Assembly: GCA_964634875.1 (NCBI GenBank)
Contig: CAZWKA010000001.1
Span: 101,600-165,599 of the forward strand
Source of the DNA: an uncultured Gammaproteobacteria bacterium
Lineage (GTDB): Bacteria; Patescibacteriota; Patescibacteriia; Magasanikbacterales; GWA2-37-8
Reading direction: 5' to 3'
Length of the DNA stretch: 64,000 bases
Part shown: piece after piece, positions 1 to 8,357 of the stretch
Layout of the letters: each line of letters begins with the position of its first letter
How positions within the stretch are numbered: position 1 is the stretch's first letter
The notes under the pieces: generated by a model
The model's input: the letters and a program-made list of their open reading frames with translations, nothing else
Database searches by the model: none
What the model was told of the DNA's origin: nothing
Program-made: the position numbers and the translations under genes

Positions 1-173
1 CAACCTCGCCCATGGTAAGACCGGAAATATTTTCAATTTCCATGACGCCATCCTTAATTGAGCGGATAATACCCGCTGATTGCCATTGTTTTTTGTCTTC
101 CATCTGCGTGATTGCCTTGTCGAGCATCGATAGGATTTCAGGCAGGTTTTGTTTAGATTTCATAGCTAATAGG
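1..173 (-). CDS. atpA: ATP synthase F1 alpha subunit, N-terminal fragment (gene continues beyond window start)
   Basis: Reverse-strand translation from ATG (complement of 171-173) gives MKSKQNLPEILSMLDKAITQMEDKKQWQSAGIIRSIKDGVMEIENISGLTMGEV. This matches the conserved AtpA N-terminal beta-barrel region (xGxIxSxxDGVxxIxGLxxxMxGE). It sits at the head of atpH-atpF-atpE-atpB on the same strand. Not in the ORF track because it is shorter than 60 aa. Confidence 0.6.
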
Positions 174-190
174 ATGCAAAAGAATAGCTG

Positions 191-673
191 TTAGCGCAAA
201 GCACTGTGAATTTGACCTCTCCAGCTGCCGTCTATCATTTTTCCATCTTTAAAAATGCGGATGCCACCCAAGAGGGCCGGCTCAACCACAAAAGAAACTG
301 CTGCGTTTGGAAACAAAGAAGCGAAATGCTGCTCCATGCTTTTTCGCTCGTCCGCTGAGAGTGAGAGTGGGGACTGGACTGTGATTGCCTCTGACGGTCT
401 GCCTTTGCGTCCGGAAGCGGAAAGGGTGTTGAGGAGTTTTTCTGTGCCAAGACCCTTCTCCATCACGTGCGCCAATGTCTCAAACGAGTCAACAAGCTGT
501 TGTAAATCTTTAAGCGCTTCTTCGCTGCCTACAGCTTTAATATATTCAGCAGCATGGAGCGGTAAAAGGTTTTCTTTTTTGCCCGGGTCAGATAGGTGAT
601 TGTGGGTGTCGCGAATCCAAGCGAGCAAAAGATTTTTAAGCATAGACAATATTAGGGGGTGATAGATTCCCAA
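191..673 (-). CDS. atpH: ATP synthase F1 delta subunit (OSCP)
   Basis: 160 aa. C-terminal GGIRIFKDGKMIDGSWRGQIHSALR resembles the delta-subunit C-terminus. It lies between atpF and atpA in the canonical order. Confidence 0.85.
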   Translation of the reverse strand: MGIYHPLILSMLKNLLLAWIRDTHNHLSDPGKKENLLPLHAAEYIKAVGSEEALKDLQQLVDSFETLAHVMEKGLGTEKLLNTLSASGRKGRPSEAITVQSPLSLSADERKSMEQHFASLFPNAAVSFVVEPALLGGIRIFKDGKMIDGSWRGQIHSALR

Positions 674-1149
674 GCTTCAGAAATACTTTTCTTAACTACT
701 TCTTGCGGAACATTCTTTCCAAGAATTGTGAGGAGCATTTTTTCAATACGTTGTTTAATTTCGGTCTCGATTTGACGGTAGACATCGGCTTTGAGAGCAA
801 CAATTTCCTGGTCAGTTTCACGCAAAAGGCGTGAGCGTTCCTGCTGTACTTCGCGGATCATGTCTTCGGCGCGATGTTCGGCCTGCTCTTTGACTTGGGC
901 GATTTCCTGGCGCATTCTTGTCAGAAGGGCCTTTGTTTCATTTTCTTTGGCGATCAGCTCGGCGGAGAATTTCTTTTTTAACTCCTCGGCTTCAGAAATG
1001 TTCTGGCTGATAAGTTCGCGGCGTTTGTCGAGAAATGAGAGTAGGGGGCGGTAGACAAATTTGCGCAATATTAAAACAATCACGCCAAAATTGACTACGT
1101 AGATGAGTAACGCCCACAAATCAATGCCCAACCCTGAAAGGACGTTCAT
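652..1149 (-). CDS. atpF: ATP synthase Fo subunit b
   Basis: 165 aa with one N-terminal transmembrane helix followed by a long charged coiled coil (EELKKKFSAELIAKENETKALL...). Position between atpE and atpH. Confidence 0.85.
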   Translation of the reverse strand: MNVLSGLGIDLWALLIYVVNFGVIVLILRKFVYRPLLSFLDKRRELISQNISEAEELKKKFSAELIAKENETKALLTRMRQEIAQVKEQAEHRAEDMIREVQQERSRLLRETDQEIVALKADVYRQIETEIKQRIEKMLLTILGKNVPQEVVKKSISEAWESITP

Positions 1150-1161
1150 AGGAAGGAATTT

Positions 1162-1392
1162 TTAGATAACGAATAAGATGATGAGCGAAATAACCAAGGC
1201 ATAAATACCGGTCGATTCACAGATAGCCATGGCGACAACCATGTTTGGAATGATCGCGTCTTTGACTGATGGATTGCGTCCGATGGCTTCCATAGCTTTT
1301 GAAGCTACCATACCTTCGGCGATTGCTGGTGCGATAGATCCGATTCCCATGCAGAAAGCTGCGGCTATTACTTTGAACGAAACTACATCCAT
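1162..1392 (-). CDS. atpE: ATP synthase Fo subunit c
   Basis: 76 aa helical hairpin with the GIGSIAPAIAEG loop motif and the conserved carboxylate (ICESTGIYALVISLIILFVI). Confidence 0.9.
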   Translation of the reverse strand: MDVVSFKVIAAAFCMGIGSIAPAIAEGMVASKAMEAIGRNPSVKDAIIPNMVVAMAICESTGIYALVISLIILFVI

Positions 1393-1446
1393 ATAGGTTA
1401 CTTAGTTAAAATAAGTAAATTAAATTAAATAATTTTAAATTTTTCG

Positions 1447-2238
1447 TTATACCGTCTGCGGGGCTGTTTGTTCTTGGGCGGCTTGTGTTCCGATCGTTCC
1501 GGCAATGAACTGAATTGACAACAACATAAACACGAAAGCTTGCACAAAACCCGAGAAAATACTGATAATCATGAACGGAATCGGTATAAAAAAGGTGGTA
1601 TATATAGAGAGTCCAGTAATTACCGCAACCAGCACTTCTCCTGCAAATACGTTGCCAAACAAGCGGAACGACATGGAAAGGATTTTGGAGATTTCTCCAA
1701 TAATATCGAGTATTCCAAGGAATAAATCTAAAAATGCGTTCCCAAAAGCAGCGGGGGTTCGTGCTTTTAGTAATGGGCCGATTTTAATGTATTTTCCAAT
1801 ATGTGTGAGCGGGGAAGCCGCAAAGGCCAAGACCTGTGCAGAAATAATCATGAGCGCTGCCATAGCGAGGGTTAAAGTGAGATCGCTGGTAGCGGTTCGC
1901 AGCACTGCTTTGCCTCCATAGGTTATCTGGTACAATAATGGTACCATCGAAAATTGGTTGGCAATAACAATAAATAATAAAACGGTCATGATGACCGGAA
2001 AAAATGCTCGAGCTTTTTTTTCAGAACCAAAGGCTGTTCGGAGCTGTTCCAAGACAAATTCGGTGATGATTTCGAGGAGTACTTGCAGTCTTCCGGGGAT
2101 AAGAGCTAAGCGCTTATGTGCCAAAATCGAGCCTGCCGCTATAAAGAGCGTAATAATAAAAGCAGACAAAAGACTGTTACTAATGGCCAGGCTTCCGATA
2201 TAGAATACTGGTTCGGCGGCAAGCGATACATTTATCAT
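1447..2238 (-). CDS. atpB: ATP synthase Fo subunit a
   Basis: 263 aa polytopic membrane protein with a conserved Arg in the C-terminal helix region (SMSFRLFGNVFAGEVL). Immediately upstream of atpE. Confidence 0.85.
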   Translation of the reverse strand: MINVSLAAEPVFYIGSLAISNSLLSAFIITLFIAAGSILAHKRLALIPGRLQVLLEIITEFVLEQLRTAFGSEKKARAFFPVIMTVLLFIVIANQFSMVPLLYQITYGGKAVLRTATSDLTLTLAMAALMIISAQVLAFAASPLTHIGKYIKIGPLLKARTPAAFGNAFLDLFLGILDIIGEISKILSMSFRLFGNVFAGEVLVAVITGLSIYTTFFIPIPFMIISIFSGFVQAFVFMLLSIQFIAGTIGTQAAQEQTAPQTV

Positions 2239-2282
2239 AATGCTTCTACCAAATTAAGACCCACATAGTATAGGCCGAATAA

Positions 2283-2522
2283 TCATGGTTTGTCAAGTAT
2301 TTTTTGTTTTTTCGATTCCAAGATCTTTTTGAGTATTTTTGCGGTAATAATCTGGTTAAACGGAAACGAGATCAAGAGGCCGGCGACCATTAATTTTGGC
2401 TGGGTGTGGAAAACCTGATCCGCCAGGTACCCCGCGCCCATAAATATTCCAATAATCAAAAGAGTGAGGCCAAAAACCTTAAACCTCATCCCCCAGGTAT
2501 ATCCAAATATGTTGCCTGCCAT
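2283..2522 (-). CDS. small two-helix membrane protein upstream of atpB (possible AtpI/AtpZ-like)
   Basis: 79 aa with two hydrophobic helices, at the position where atpI/atpZ usually sits. No recognisable motif. Confidence 0.3.
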   Translation of the reverse strand: MAGNIFGYTWGMRFKVFGLTLLIIGIFMGAGYLADQVFHTQPKLMVAGLLISFPFNQIITAKILKKILESKKQKILDKP

Positions 2523-2636
2523 ACTCGCTATAAGTATTTAAGAAGCCTATTTTAAACTAAAACCTTATTTTTTACAATACAGAGGCGGGGTGGATGTTGG
2601 GGTGAGGAGGCGGTTTTGAGCTGTTCTAAGGTCTTT

Positions 2637-3752
2637 TTAGCGGCAATAGTTGTTCTCAATCACCATTGCTCCTCCAACAAGGTAGAAGCTGCCAGGACTC
2701 CCATCAGCTTGATTCATGTTAATACAGCCTTTGCTGGAAGCCAGATCCAGCTGCCCGACACTGACCGTGGTGGTGCTATTTGCTCCGGAAGACACATGTA
2801 GTTTGGAGGAGGGGGTAGTGGTGCCAATGCCGATATTTCCTGTTGAAACCGTGGTTCCAACGCCAAAGATCCCGGTGCCATAAATAATATTGCCAATATT
2901 GAGTTGGCCCGAGGCTGTTCGGGAGGGTGGCGCGATGTTGGTGCCGATTATGATATTCTGCGAGCCAGTCGTAATGTCGTTGTTATATGCTGCTGATGAT
3001 GTGGCGGCACCGATGATGATGTTGCTTGGGCCAGTGGCACTGCTTCCAGCATTAGCACCAACATACGTGCTATAATCCGAATTATTGGCCACACTGCTGC
3101 CGGCGTATGAACCGAGCGCTGTAACCATGTTGTAGCTGCTGTCCAGTCCACCTTGGCCAAGCGCAGCGTATCCGACGCTGGTATTATCACCTCCGGTCAC
3201 ATTAAAAACCCCGGCATTTAAACCTATGCCTGTATTTCTTTGGCCGGTAGTGTTATACCCCAGGGTGAGTTGGCCTATGGCAATATTGCCGTCACCAGTT
3301 GTATTGTTGAGCAGAGCGCTGTTACCAAAGGCTGCATTTTGCGCACCTGTGGTATTTGCTGTCAGCGCCTGATAACCGAAAGCGTCATTGGCTGTCCCCG
3401 TATCGTCACCAATGGCCGTATTGGCTTTGAGTGCTTGGTACCCAAAAGCACTGTTAGAGCTGCCTGTCTCAGGATTGTTTAGGAGTGCTTGGTGCCCTAC
3501 GGCAGTCGAGAAGTTGGTGCTTGATACTTGGAGTATCAGATTGCCATCAATTTTGTATCCGCCCGAAGTACCGTTCGTGTCCACAGCCCCCGTCGTCGAG
3601 ATGGTGCCGCTCGTGCTTATGTTGCCCGTAGCCACCAATGTTCCGCCGGTAGTGATGTTATTACCGATCGTGGTGGCTGCAAGAGCCGTACCGCCAAATG
3701 CCAGGCCAACTCCGAGTACCAGGAAAGAAAAATGTTTTAAAGTTTTTGTCAT
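2637..3752 (-). CDS. secreted Gly/Thr/Asn/Ala-rich repeat protein (YadA-head / hep_Hag-like short repeats)
   Basis: 371 aa. N-terminal signal peptide (MTKTLKHFSFLVLGVGLAFGGTALA). Reiterated NxAxGxxALxxNTxG and AFGYQAL units. Two Cys near the C-terminus. Confidence 0.55.
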   Translation of the reverse strand: MTKTLKHFSFLVLGVGLAFGGTALAATTIGNNITTGGTLVATGNISTSGTISTTGAVDTNGTSGGYKIDGNLILQVSSTNFSTAVGHQALLNNPETGSSNSAFGYQALKANTAIGDDTGTANDAFGYQALTANTTGAQNAAFGNSALLNNTTGDGNIAIGQLTLGYNTTGQRNTGIGLNAGVFNVTGGDNTSVGYAALGQGGLDSSYNMVTALGSYAGSSVANNSDYSTYVGANAGSSATGPSNIIIGAATSSAAYNNDITTGSQNIIIGTNIAPPSRTASGQLNIGNIIYGTGIFGVGTTVSTGNIGIGTTTPSSKLHVSSGANSTTTVSVGQLDLASSKGCINMNQADGSPGSFYLVGGAMVIENNYCR

Positions 3753-3980
3753 ACAAATAAAAAAATATACTAATATAGTATACCAGAAAATTATAAATTT
3801 TGCTTATGAAACGTTGTAGAGAGTGATTATGTAGTATTTTCTTCTGATCGAACCAGCGAAATCCACGTTAACAGTTTGAACAACAGTGCGCTGGTGGAGT
3901 TTGCTGTTAGGGCATAGCTGCCAGTCAGATAGACAGGTGAAATAGACGATGGTAGAGTAAATTCGATTTTAATAAATTTT

Positions 3981-4613
3981 ATGGAAAGTATTGCTACCTT
4001 ACTCTTTGATGTTGATGGCACACTTCTGGATACACGGGAGTTTATCCTGCAAGCTACGGAGCATTGTTTGTCAGTGCACGGGTTTGCAGTTCCGGATCGT
4101 TCAGTGATCGCGCCTTTGGTCGGCAAGCCGTTCAACGAATATTATGGCACGCTTACCGGTCTCGAAGATACCCTCGTGCTGCAGAACGAGCACCGAAATT
4201 TTCAGCTGGCTAATATGCACCTGTCGGTTCCATTTCCAAAAACACTCAGTACCCTACAAACACTTCAGGAACGCGGTTATAAAATGGCAGTAGTTACGAC
4301 TCGTTCCAAAAAGACCTCGCTGCAGACTTTGGAGCAAGCTGGGTTGGCATCATTTTTTACTGTTGTTATTTCGGCCGAAGATGCTCCTGAGCTGAAGCCA
4401 CATCCCGCCCCACTGTTAAGAGCTCTGGAATTGATGAATGAATCCACAGATTCAGCCACCATGATCGGCGACAGCCATCTAGATATTGAGGCAGGAAAAA
4501 ACGCTGGTATCAAAACCGTTCGCGCGACGTATGGATTTCACGCCGATCATCTCCATGAGCCGGAACCAAATTTTTTTATTGAGGATATTGGTGATTTGTT
4601 AAAACTATTTTAG
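3981..4613 (+). CDS. HAD-superfamily hydrolase (phosphoglycolate phosphatase-like)
   Basis: 210 aa. HAD motif I FDVDGTLLDT, motif II VVTTRS, and a C-terminal GDSxxDxxAGxNAG motif. Confidence 0.75.
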   Translation: MESIATLLFDVDGTLLDTREFILQATEHCLSVHGFAVPDRSVIAPLVGKPFNEYYGTLTGLEDTLVLQNEHRNFQLANMHLSVPFPKTLSTLQTLQERGYKMAVVTTRSKKTSLQTLEQAGLASFFTVVISAEDAPELKPHPAPLLRALELMNESTDSATMIGDSHLDIEAGKNAGIKTVRATYGFHADHLHEPEPNFFIEDIGDLLKLF

Positions 4614-4685
4614 TGGTATTTTCTTAAATTAAGAATATCGGCAAGTAATATTTTTACCTGTTTAAATTTCTTTAATTAACGTAAT

Positions 4686-4822
4686 TTGACAAACATTTTT
4701 AATCATAGTAATCTCAGTATATGAAAAACTCACGCGCCAACAATTCGAATAATAATATCCTGCTCCGCTAGGGTGAGTTTCTTGTTACCAAAAACAAACT
4801 CTCCCGACGCGGAGAGTTTTTT
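4686..4822 (+). promoter_or_regulatory. candidate attenuator: sigma70-like promoter, 16-codon Asn-rich leader ORF (4721-4771), then alternative antiterminator/terminator hairpins
   Basis: TTGACA (4686-4691), 17-nt spacer, TAATCT (4709-4714). ORF ATG AAA AAC TCA CGC GCC AAC AAT TCG AAT AAT AAT ATC CTG CTC CGC TAG encodes MKNSRANNSNNNILLR (6 of 16 codons are Asn). Segment 1 AAACTCAC (4726-4733) is complementary to segment 2 GTGAGTTT (4773-4780). GAGTTT (4775-4780) is complementary to AAACTC (4796-4801). The terminator stem AAACTCTCC/GGAGAGTTT (4796-4819) is followed by a T-run. Confidence 0.4.
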
Positions 4823-4875
4823 AGTTAGCGACGAGGCGAGGGACGAGTCCGTCTGGCTGACTATCCCGACATGGT

Positions 4876-4947
4876 CGTGGGTAATTCCTCTGTAGTTCAA
4901 TGGTAGAACACTCCGCTGTTAACGGAGGGGTTCCTGGTTCGAGTCCA
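4876..4947 (+). tRNA. tRNA-Asn (anticodon GTT)
   Basis: Cloverleaf: acceptor TCCTCTG/CGGAGGA, D-arm GTTC-AATGGTA-GAAC, anticodon stem CTCCG/CGGAG with loop CTGTTAA (GTT), T-arm CCTGG-TTCGAGT-CCAGG, discriminator G. No encoded CCA. Confidence 0.85.
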
Positions 4948-5033
4948 GGCGGAGGAGCTTGTAGTTTTTATCTTTTAGTTAAGCCGTTAAAATGTGATAG
5001 GGTAATTTGGGTATAAATCTATAAAATAAACCT

Positions 5034-5468
5034 ATGAAAGAAATGCAATTCCTGATTGAGATACATGCCGCCAAAGAAAAGGTCTGGGATACGCTGTGGC
5101 AAGACGAAACCTTTCGGCAATGGGCAAGCATTATTGACCCGGGAACATACATGGTTGGCGATCTAAAAGAAGGCAATGAGGTGCAGTTTATCTCTGCTGT
5201 AAATGGGTATGGCGTAACAAGCTTGGTTCAAAAGTTGACGCCCGGTGAATTTTTACGGCTACAACACCGGAGCGATACTAAGGAAGACGGAAAGCAGGAA
5301 CGAAAAAAAGAATGGACGGGCGGCGAGGAAAGCTACTGGCTCAAAGAGCAAGACGGCTCAACAACACTAACTGTTGCATTCAATGTTCCACCAGAATTGG
5401 AAGAATATTTTCAAGCCAATTACCCGAAAGCTTTGGAGCGTGTAAAATTTTTAGCGGAGACAAAATAA
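5034..5468 (+). CDS. SRPBCC-fold (AHSA1/START-like) domain protein
   Basis: 144 aa. Composition and length fit the SRPBCC ligand-binding fold (IEIHAAKEKVWDTLWQDETFRQW...). No catalytic motif. Confidence 0.45.
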   Translation: MKEMQFLIEIHAAKEKVWDTLWQDETFRQWASIIDPGTYMVGDLKEGNEVQFISAVNGYGVTSLVQKLTPGEFLRLQHRSDTKEDGKQERKKEWTGGEESYWLKEQDGSTTLTVAFNVPPELEEYFQANYPKALERVKFLAETK

Positions 5469-5536
5469 ATTTATACGTTTTAATGAAGGTAAAAAAAATC
5501 AGCTTCTCTGACTAGGAAGCTGATTTTATTTTTTCA

Positions 5537-6034
5537 CTATTTTTGTTTTGTTCCGGAGGTGTTTTGGACTGCCTTTGCTTTAGAAGTTGCTTTAAAGACA
5601 TCTTCCATGCCATCTTCTGCGCGATAAATGTTTCTAATGTATGCCTGGAGAAGTTCTTTTGAGGCCGGGATTTCAAGTTGGCTGAGCTGATTGATTGCCC
5701 AATCCAATTTTTTTATATCCCTACGTTTAATGAGGCGTAAAAAATCATCAATTGCCGGTGTATCTGTCACGGCGTAGCCGATGCGGTGAAGTTCCGCGAT
5801 TACCTTGGCTACAGCGGTATCAATTTCTTCTTGGAGAGCGTATAAACCTGCTAAATGATCTATCGTGGAATTTTTGGGAAGTTGGTCAATTTCTTTTTGG
5901 TAATGAGCAATATTGTCAAAAAGTGACGGCATTGTTTGTGCGCTGCCAACCTTTTCCAGCCCCGCTGGGCTTATTTGTTCGTGCATAGTATTGTGGGGGT
6001 TAATTATATTTCTTTGCGACGAGCTAGTTTCCAA
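5537..6034 (-). CDS. hypothetical protein
   Basis: 165 aa ORF with native AT-rich codon usage. No recognisable motif. Confidence 0.4.
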   Translation of the reverse strand: METSSSQRNIINPHNTMHEQISPAGLEKVGSAQTMPSLFDNIAHYQKEIDQLPKNSTIDHLAGLYALQEEIDTAVAKVIAELHRIGYAVTDTPAIDDFLRLIKRRDIKKLDWAINQLSQLEIPASKELLQAYIRNIYRAEDGMEDVFKATSKAKAVQNTSGTKQK

Positions 6035-6483
6035 TGGAAGACGAAGAGTGGAATACCAACAACCAACATAGAAATATCCCGTACCAGGTCGCGTTGTCGC
6101 TGGCTGACCTGATTTTCTTCGGCCGCTGTTTTTGCTTCACGTTCGGCAACAGCGCAATCCTTGCCGTCATAAGTTGTGGTTGCTCCAACCGGGCAAGCTA
6201 CTGGTGAGTTGTAGTAAAGGTAACTGTCGGCTTTGGTAAAAATAAAAGTTTTTAAAACAATGTTAAGGAGATCGACTGCCGAAACGACGAGCATCATGAG
6301 GGCTACAAATGAGACGAGATAGAGATAGAGGGTCTTAATGAGAGCTACTTTATTCGTCGTCGGCGTAGTGTTGTCCATACACATTTTGATTAAAAAATAA
6401 ATAAGTCCAAAAAAGATAAGGAGTACGATACTTATTCGGATACCGACAAAAGCGAGGTCGAAAATGTCTGCCTGAAGATCCAT
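6004..6483 (-). CDS. hypothetical membrane protein
   Basis: 159 aa with three or four predicted transmembrane helices and a Cys-containing extracytoplasmic loop (SPVACPVGATTTYDGKDCAVAE). Confidence 0.45.
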   Translation of the reverse strand: MDLQADIFDLAFVGIRISIVLLIFFGLIYFLIKMCMDNTTPTTNKVALIKTLYLYLVSFVALMMLVVSAVDLLNIVLKTFIFTKADSYLYYNSPVACPVGATTTYDGKDCAVAEREAKTAAEENQVSQRQRDLVRDISMLVVGIPLFVFHWKLARRKEI

Positions 6484-6545
6484 AGATAGTCTGTAATTTT
6501 TTGAGGGGAGGGGTGCGGCCGATCCCCCAATCGGCCGTAGGAAGG

Positions 6546-7310
6546 CTAGACCGCCTTAGTGAGTATGTACCCTTCGTCGTCGACCGTGACGCCGAGGGTG
6601 GCGGTTGTGTGGGTGGGCGGAGGGTCACCATTGGCAAGTCTGCCGTGGTAGCGTTGCCATTGTTCATAAAGTCGATCGGCCCAGCGCCAGAGCGTACTGA
6701 CTTCCCAGTTGTAGTTCTCGTTGCGCCGGTGATGGTCCAGATGCGGGGTGGTCACCCGAGTGACATAGCGCGCCCAGAGCGTGCCAGCTTCTGGTTTGTA
6801 GGAGCTGCAGTGCGCCAGGTAGTGCATCTCCTCTTCCCAGAGAACCCGGAGAAAGACGAAGCTGCAAATATCAGCTACAGCGACCAAGGGGAAGGCAGTG
6901 AGGGTGCCAAGGAGTGTGCCGAGCCCCGAGAGCCCGAAGACAGTGAGAAGCGCGGCAGCGAGGGGAATAAAAATCCACTCCACGCGGGCTTGCTTGCGGT
7001 GGTGAAGCCGGTGATGGCGGGCTGAGCTCGTGTCCGGCACGTTGATAACAAGGCTCCAGAGAGCAATCTTCCGGGGAAGATGATGAAGCCCGTATATGTG
7101 GGCCACCAACTCTGTCGGTGAAACGAGAGCGATGAGGGCTGCGAAGAGGGGCGCTTCCCACCACTGCAAGGATCCGAGAAGTGATCGCACGCCAATCCAA
7201 CAGAGTGCGCCCGCGAGGAGGAGGGCAGAGGTGAAGCGCAAGAACACGACGCCTTGCACCTGCAGAAAGGTCTGGGGTTTCGGGTTTTGCCGAAGCATTT
7301 TTTTCAGCAT
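6546..7310 (-). CDS. fatty acid hydroxylase / sterol desaturase-family integral membrane protein (His-box enzyme) in a GC-rich segment
   Basis: 254 aa with multiple transmembrane helices. Histidine boxes HIYGLHH, HHRLHH(R) and HLDHHRRNENYNWEV are typical of the FA_hydroxylase superfamily. Local GC is clearly higher than the flanking DNA. Confidence 0.6.
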   Translation of the reverse strand: MLKKMLRQNPKPQTFLQVQGVVFLRFTSALLLAGALCWIGVRSLLGSLQWWEAPLFAALIALVSPTELVAHIYGLHHLPRKIALWSLVINVPDTSSARHHRLHHRKQARVEWIFIPLAAALLTVFGLSGLGTLLGTLTAFPLVAVADICSFVFLRVLWEEEMHYLAHCSSYKPEAGTLWARYVTRVTTPHLDHHRRNENYNWEVSTLWRWADRLYEQWQRYHGRLANGDPPPTHTTATLGVTVDDEGYILTKAV

Positions 7311-7359
7311 GACAGCCTCCAGATAGTTTTGTTTTCTTCAACAAAAATTTTTCAAAGAA

Positions 7360-8343
7360 CTAGCGGATGCCGACCAGTTTTCGAACGTCGTTCATGGTTT
7401 TTCCGGCGACTATTCGGGCTTTTTCCGCCCCTGTTTTGAGGATAGTTTCCAATTCTTGGGGGCTGGCCAAAAGTTCGCCTCGACGAGTACGAAAATCTGC
7501 GAAATAATTGGCAACGGCTGCTGCCAATTCTTGCTTTAGGTCTCCATAACGAATGGTACCATCCCTTTCGGCTTTGGCAAGGCCTGCGTAGGTTTCTGCG
7601 TTTCCAAATTCTTTGAGGAGTAACAAGAGGTTTTGAGCGCCGGGGGCATCTGCGCCGCCTTCGGTGGCAGTAACTGCTTTTTTCAATTTTACTTCAATTT
7701 GTTTCTGGTCTTCGCACAGTTCAATAACGTGACCGGCGCCAAGCGATTTGCTCATCTTTTTTGTCGGCTCGAGCAAGCTCATGACTTTGGGGAATTCGGT
7801 CAAAAGATGTTTAGTTTCCGGGAAGTATTCACCGTAGCGTTTGTTGAACGCTCGGGCAATAACGCGAATAAGTTCGATGTGCTGGACTTGGTCTTGGCCA
7901 ACCGGAACCAATGTACCGTGGTAGAGAAGGACGTCGGCTACTTGAAGGATAGGGTAGGTAAACAGTCCGGCGTTAATATTTTTTTCCTGGCGGGCGGATT
8001 TGTCTTTGAATTGCGTCATGCGTTCGAGTTCCGCGACGGGAGTGATACAATTAAAAACCCAGGCAAGTTCGGTGTGCTCGGGAATGTGGGATTGTACAAA
8101 AAAAGTAACGCGGTCTGGGTCAATCCCCAGCGCTAAAATTTCTGCTGCCAGGGTAAGTATTTTATTGCGTCGGTCTTCGGCCGTGTCTTGTCCGGTAAGT
8201 GAGTGGTAGTCAGCAATAAAAAAATAACAATCGTATGTGCCGCTATTTTGGAGTTCGATCCAATTTTTGACCGCTCCTAAATAATTGCCAATGTGGAGGT
8301 TGCCGGTTGGTTGGATCCCAGAGAAAATAACAGGTTTGGACAT
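7360..8343 (-). CDS. trpS: tryptophanyl-tRNA synthetase
   Basis: 327 aa. Class I HIGH-type motif (SGIQPTGNLHIGNYLGA) and KMSKS. Confidence 0.95.
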   Translation of the reverse strand: MSKPVIFSGIQPTGNLHIGNYLGAVKNWIELQNSGTYDCYFFIADYHSLTGQDTAEDRRNKILTLAAEILALGIDPDRVTFFVQSHIPEHTELAWVFNCITPVAELERMTQFKDKSARQEKNINAGLFTYPILQVADVLLYHGTLVPVGQDQVQHIELIRVIARAFNKRYGEYFPETKHLLTEFPKVMSLLEPTKKMSKSLGAGHVIELCEDQKQIEVKLKKAVTATEGGADAPGAQNLLLLLKEFGNAETYAGLAKAERDGTIRYGDLKQELAAAVANYFADFRTRRGELLASPQELETILKTGAEKARIVAGKTMNDVRKLVGIR

Positions 8344-8357
8344 AACAGAAAAATAGT

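Noticed and set aside
12-194. 60-aa plus-strand ORF at the window start
   Set aside because: It lies antisense to the clearly recognisable atpA N-terminus on the minus strand. No SD, and no sensible composition.
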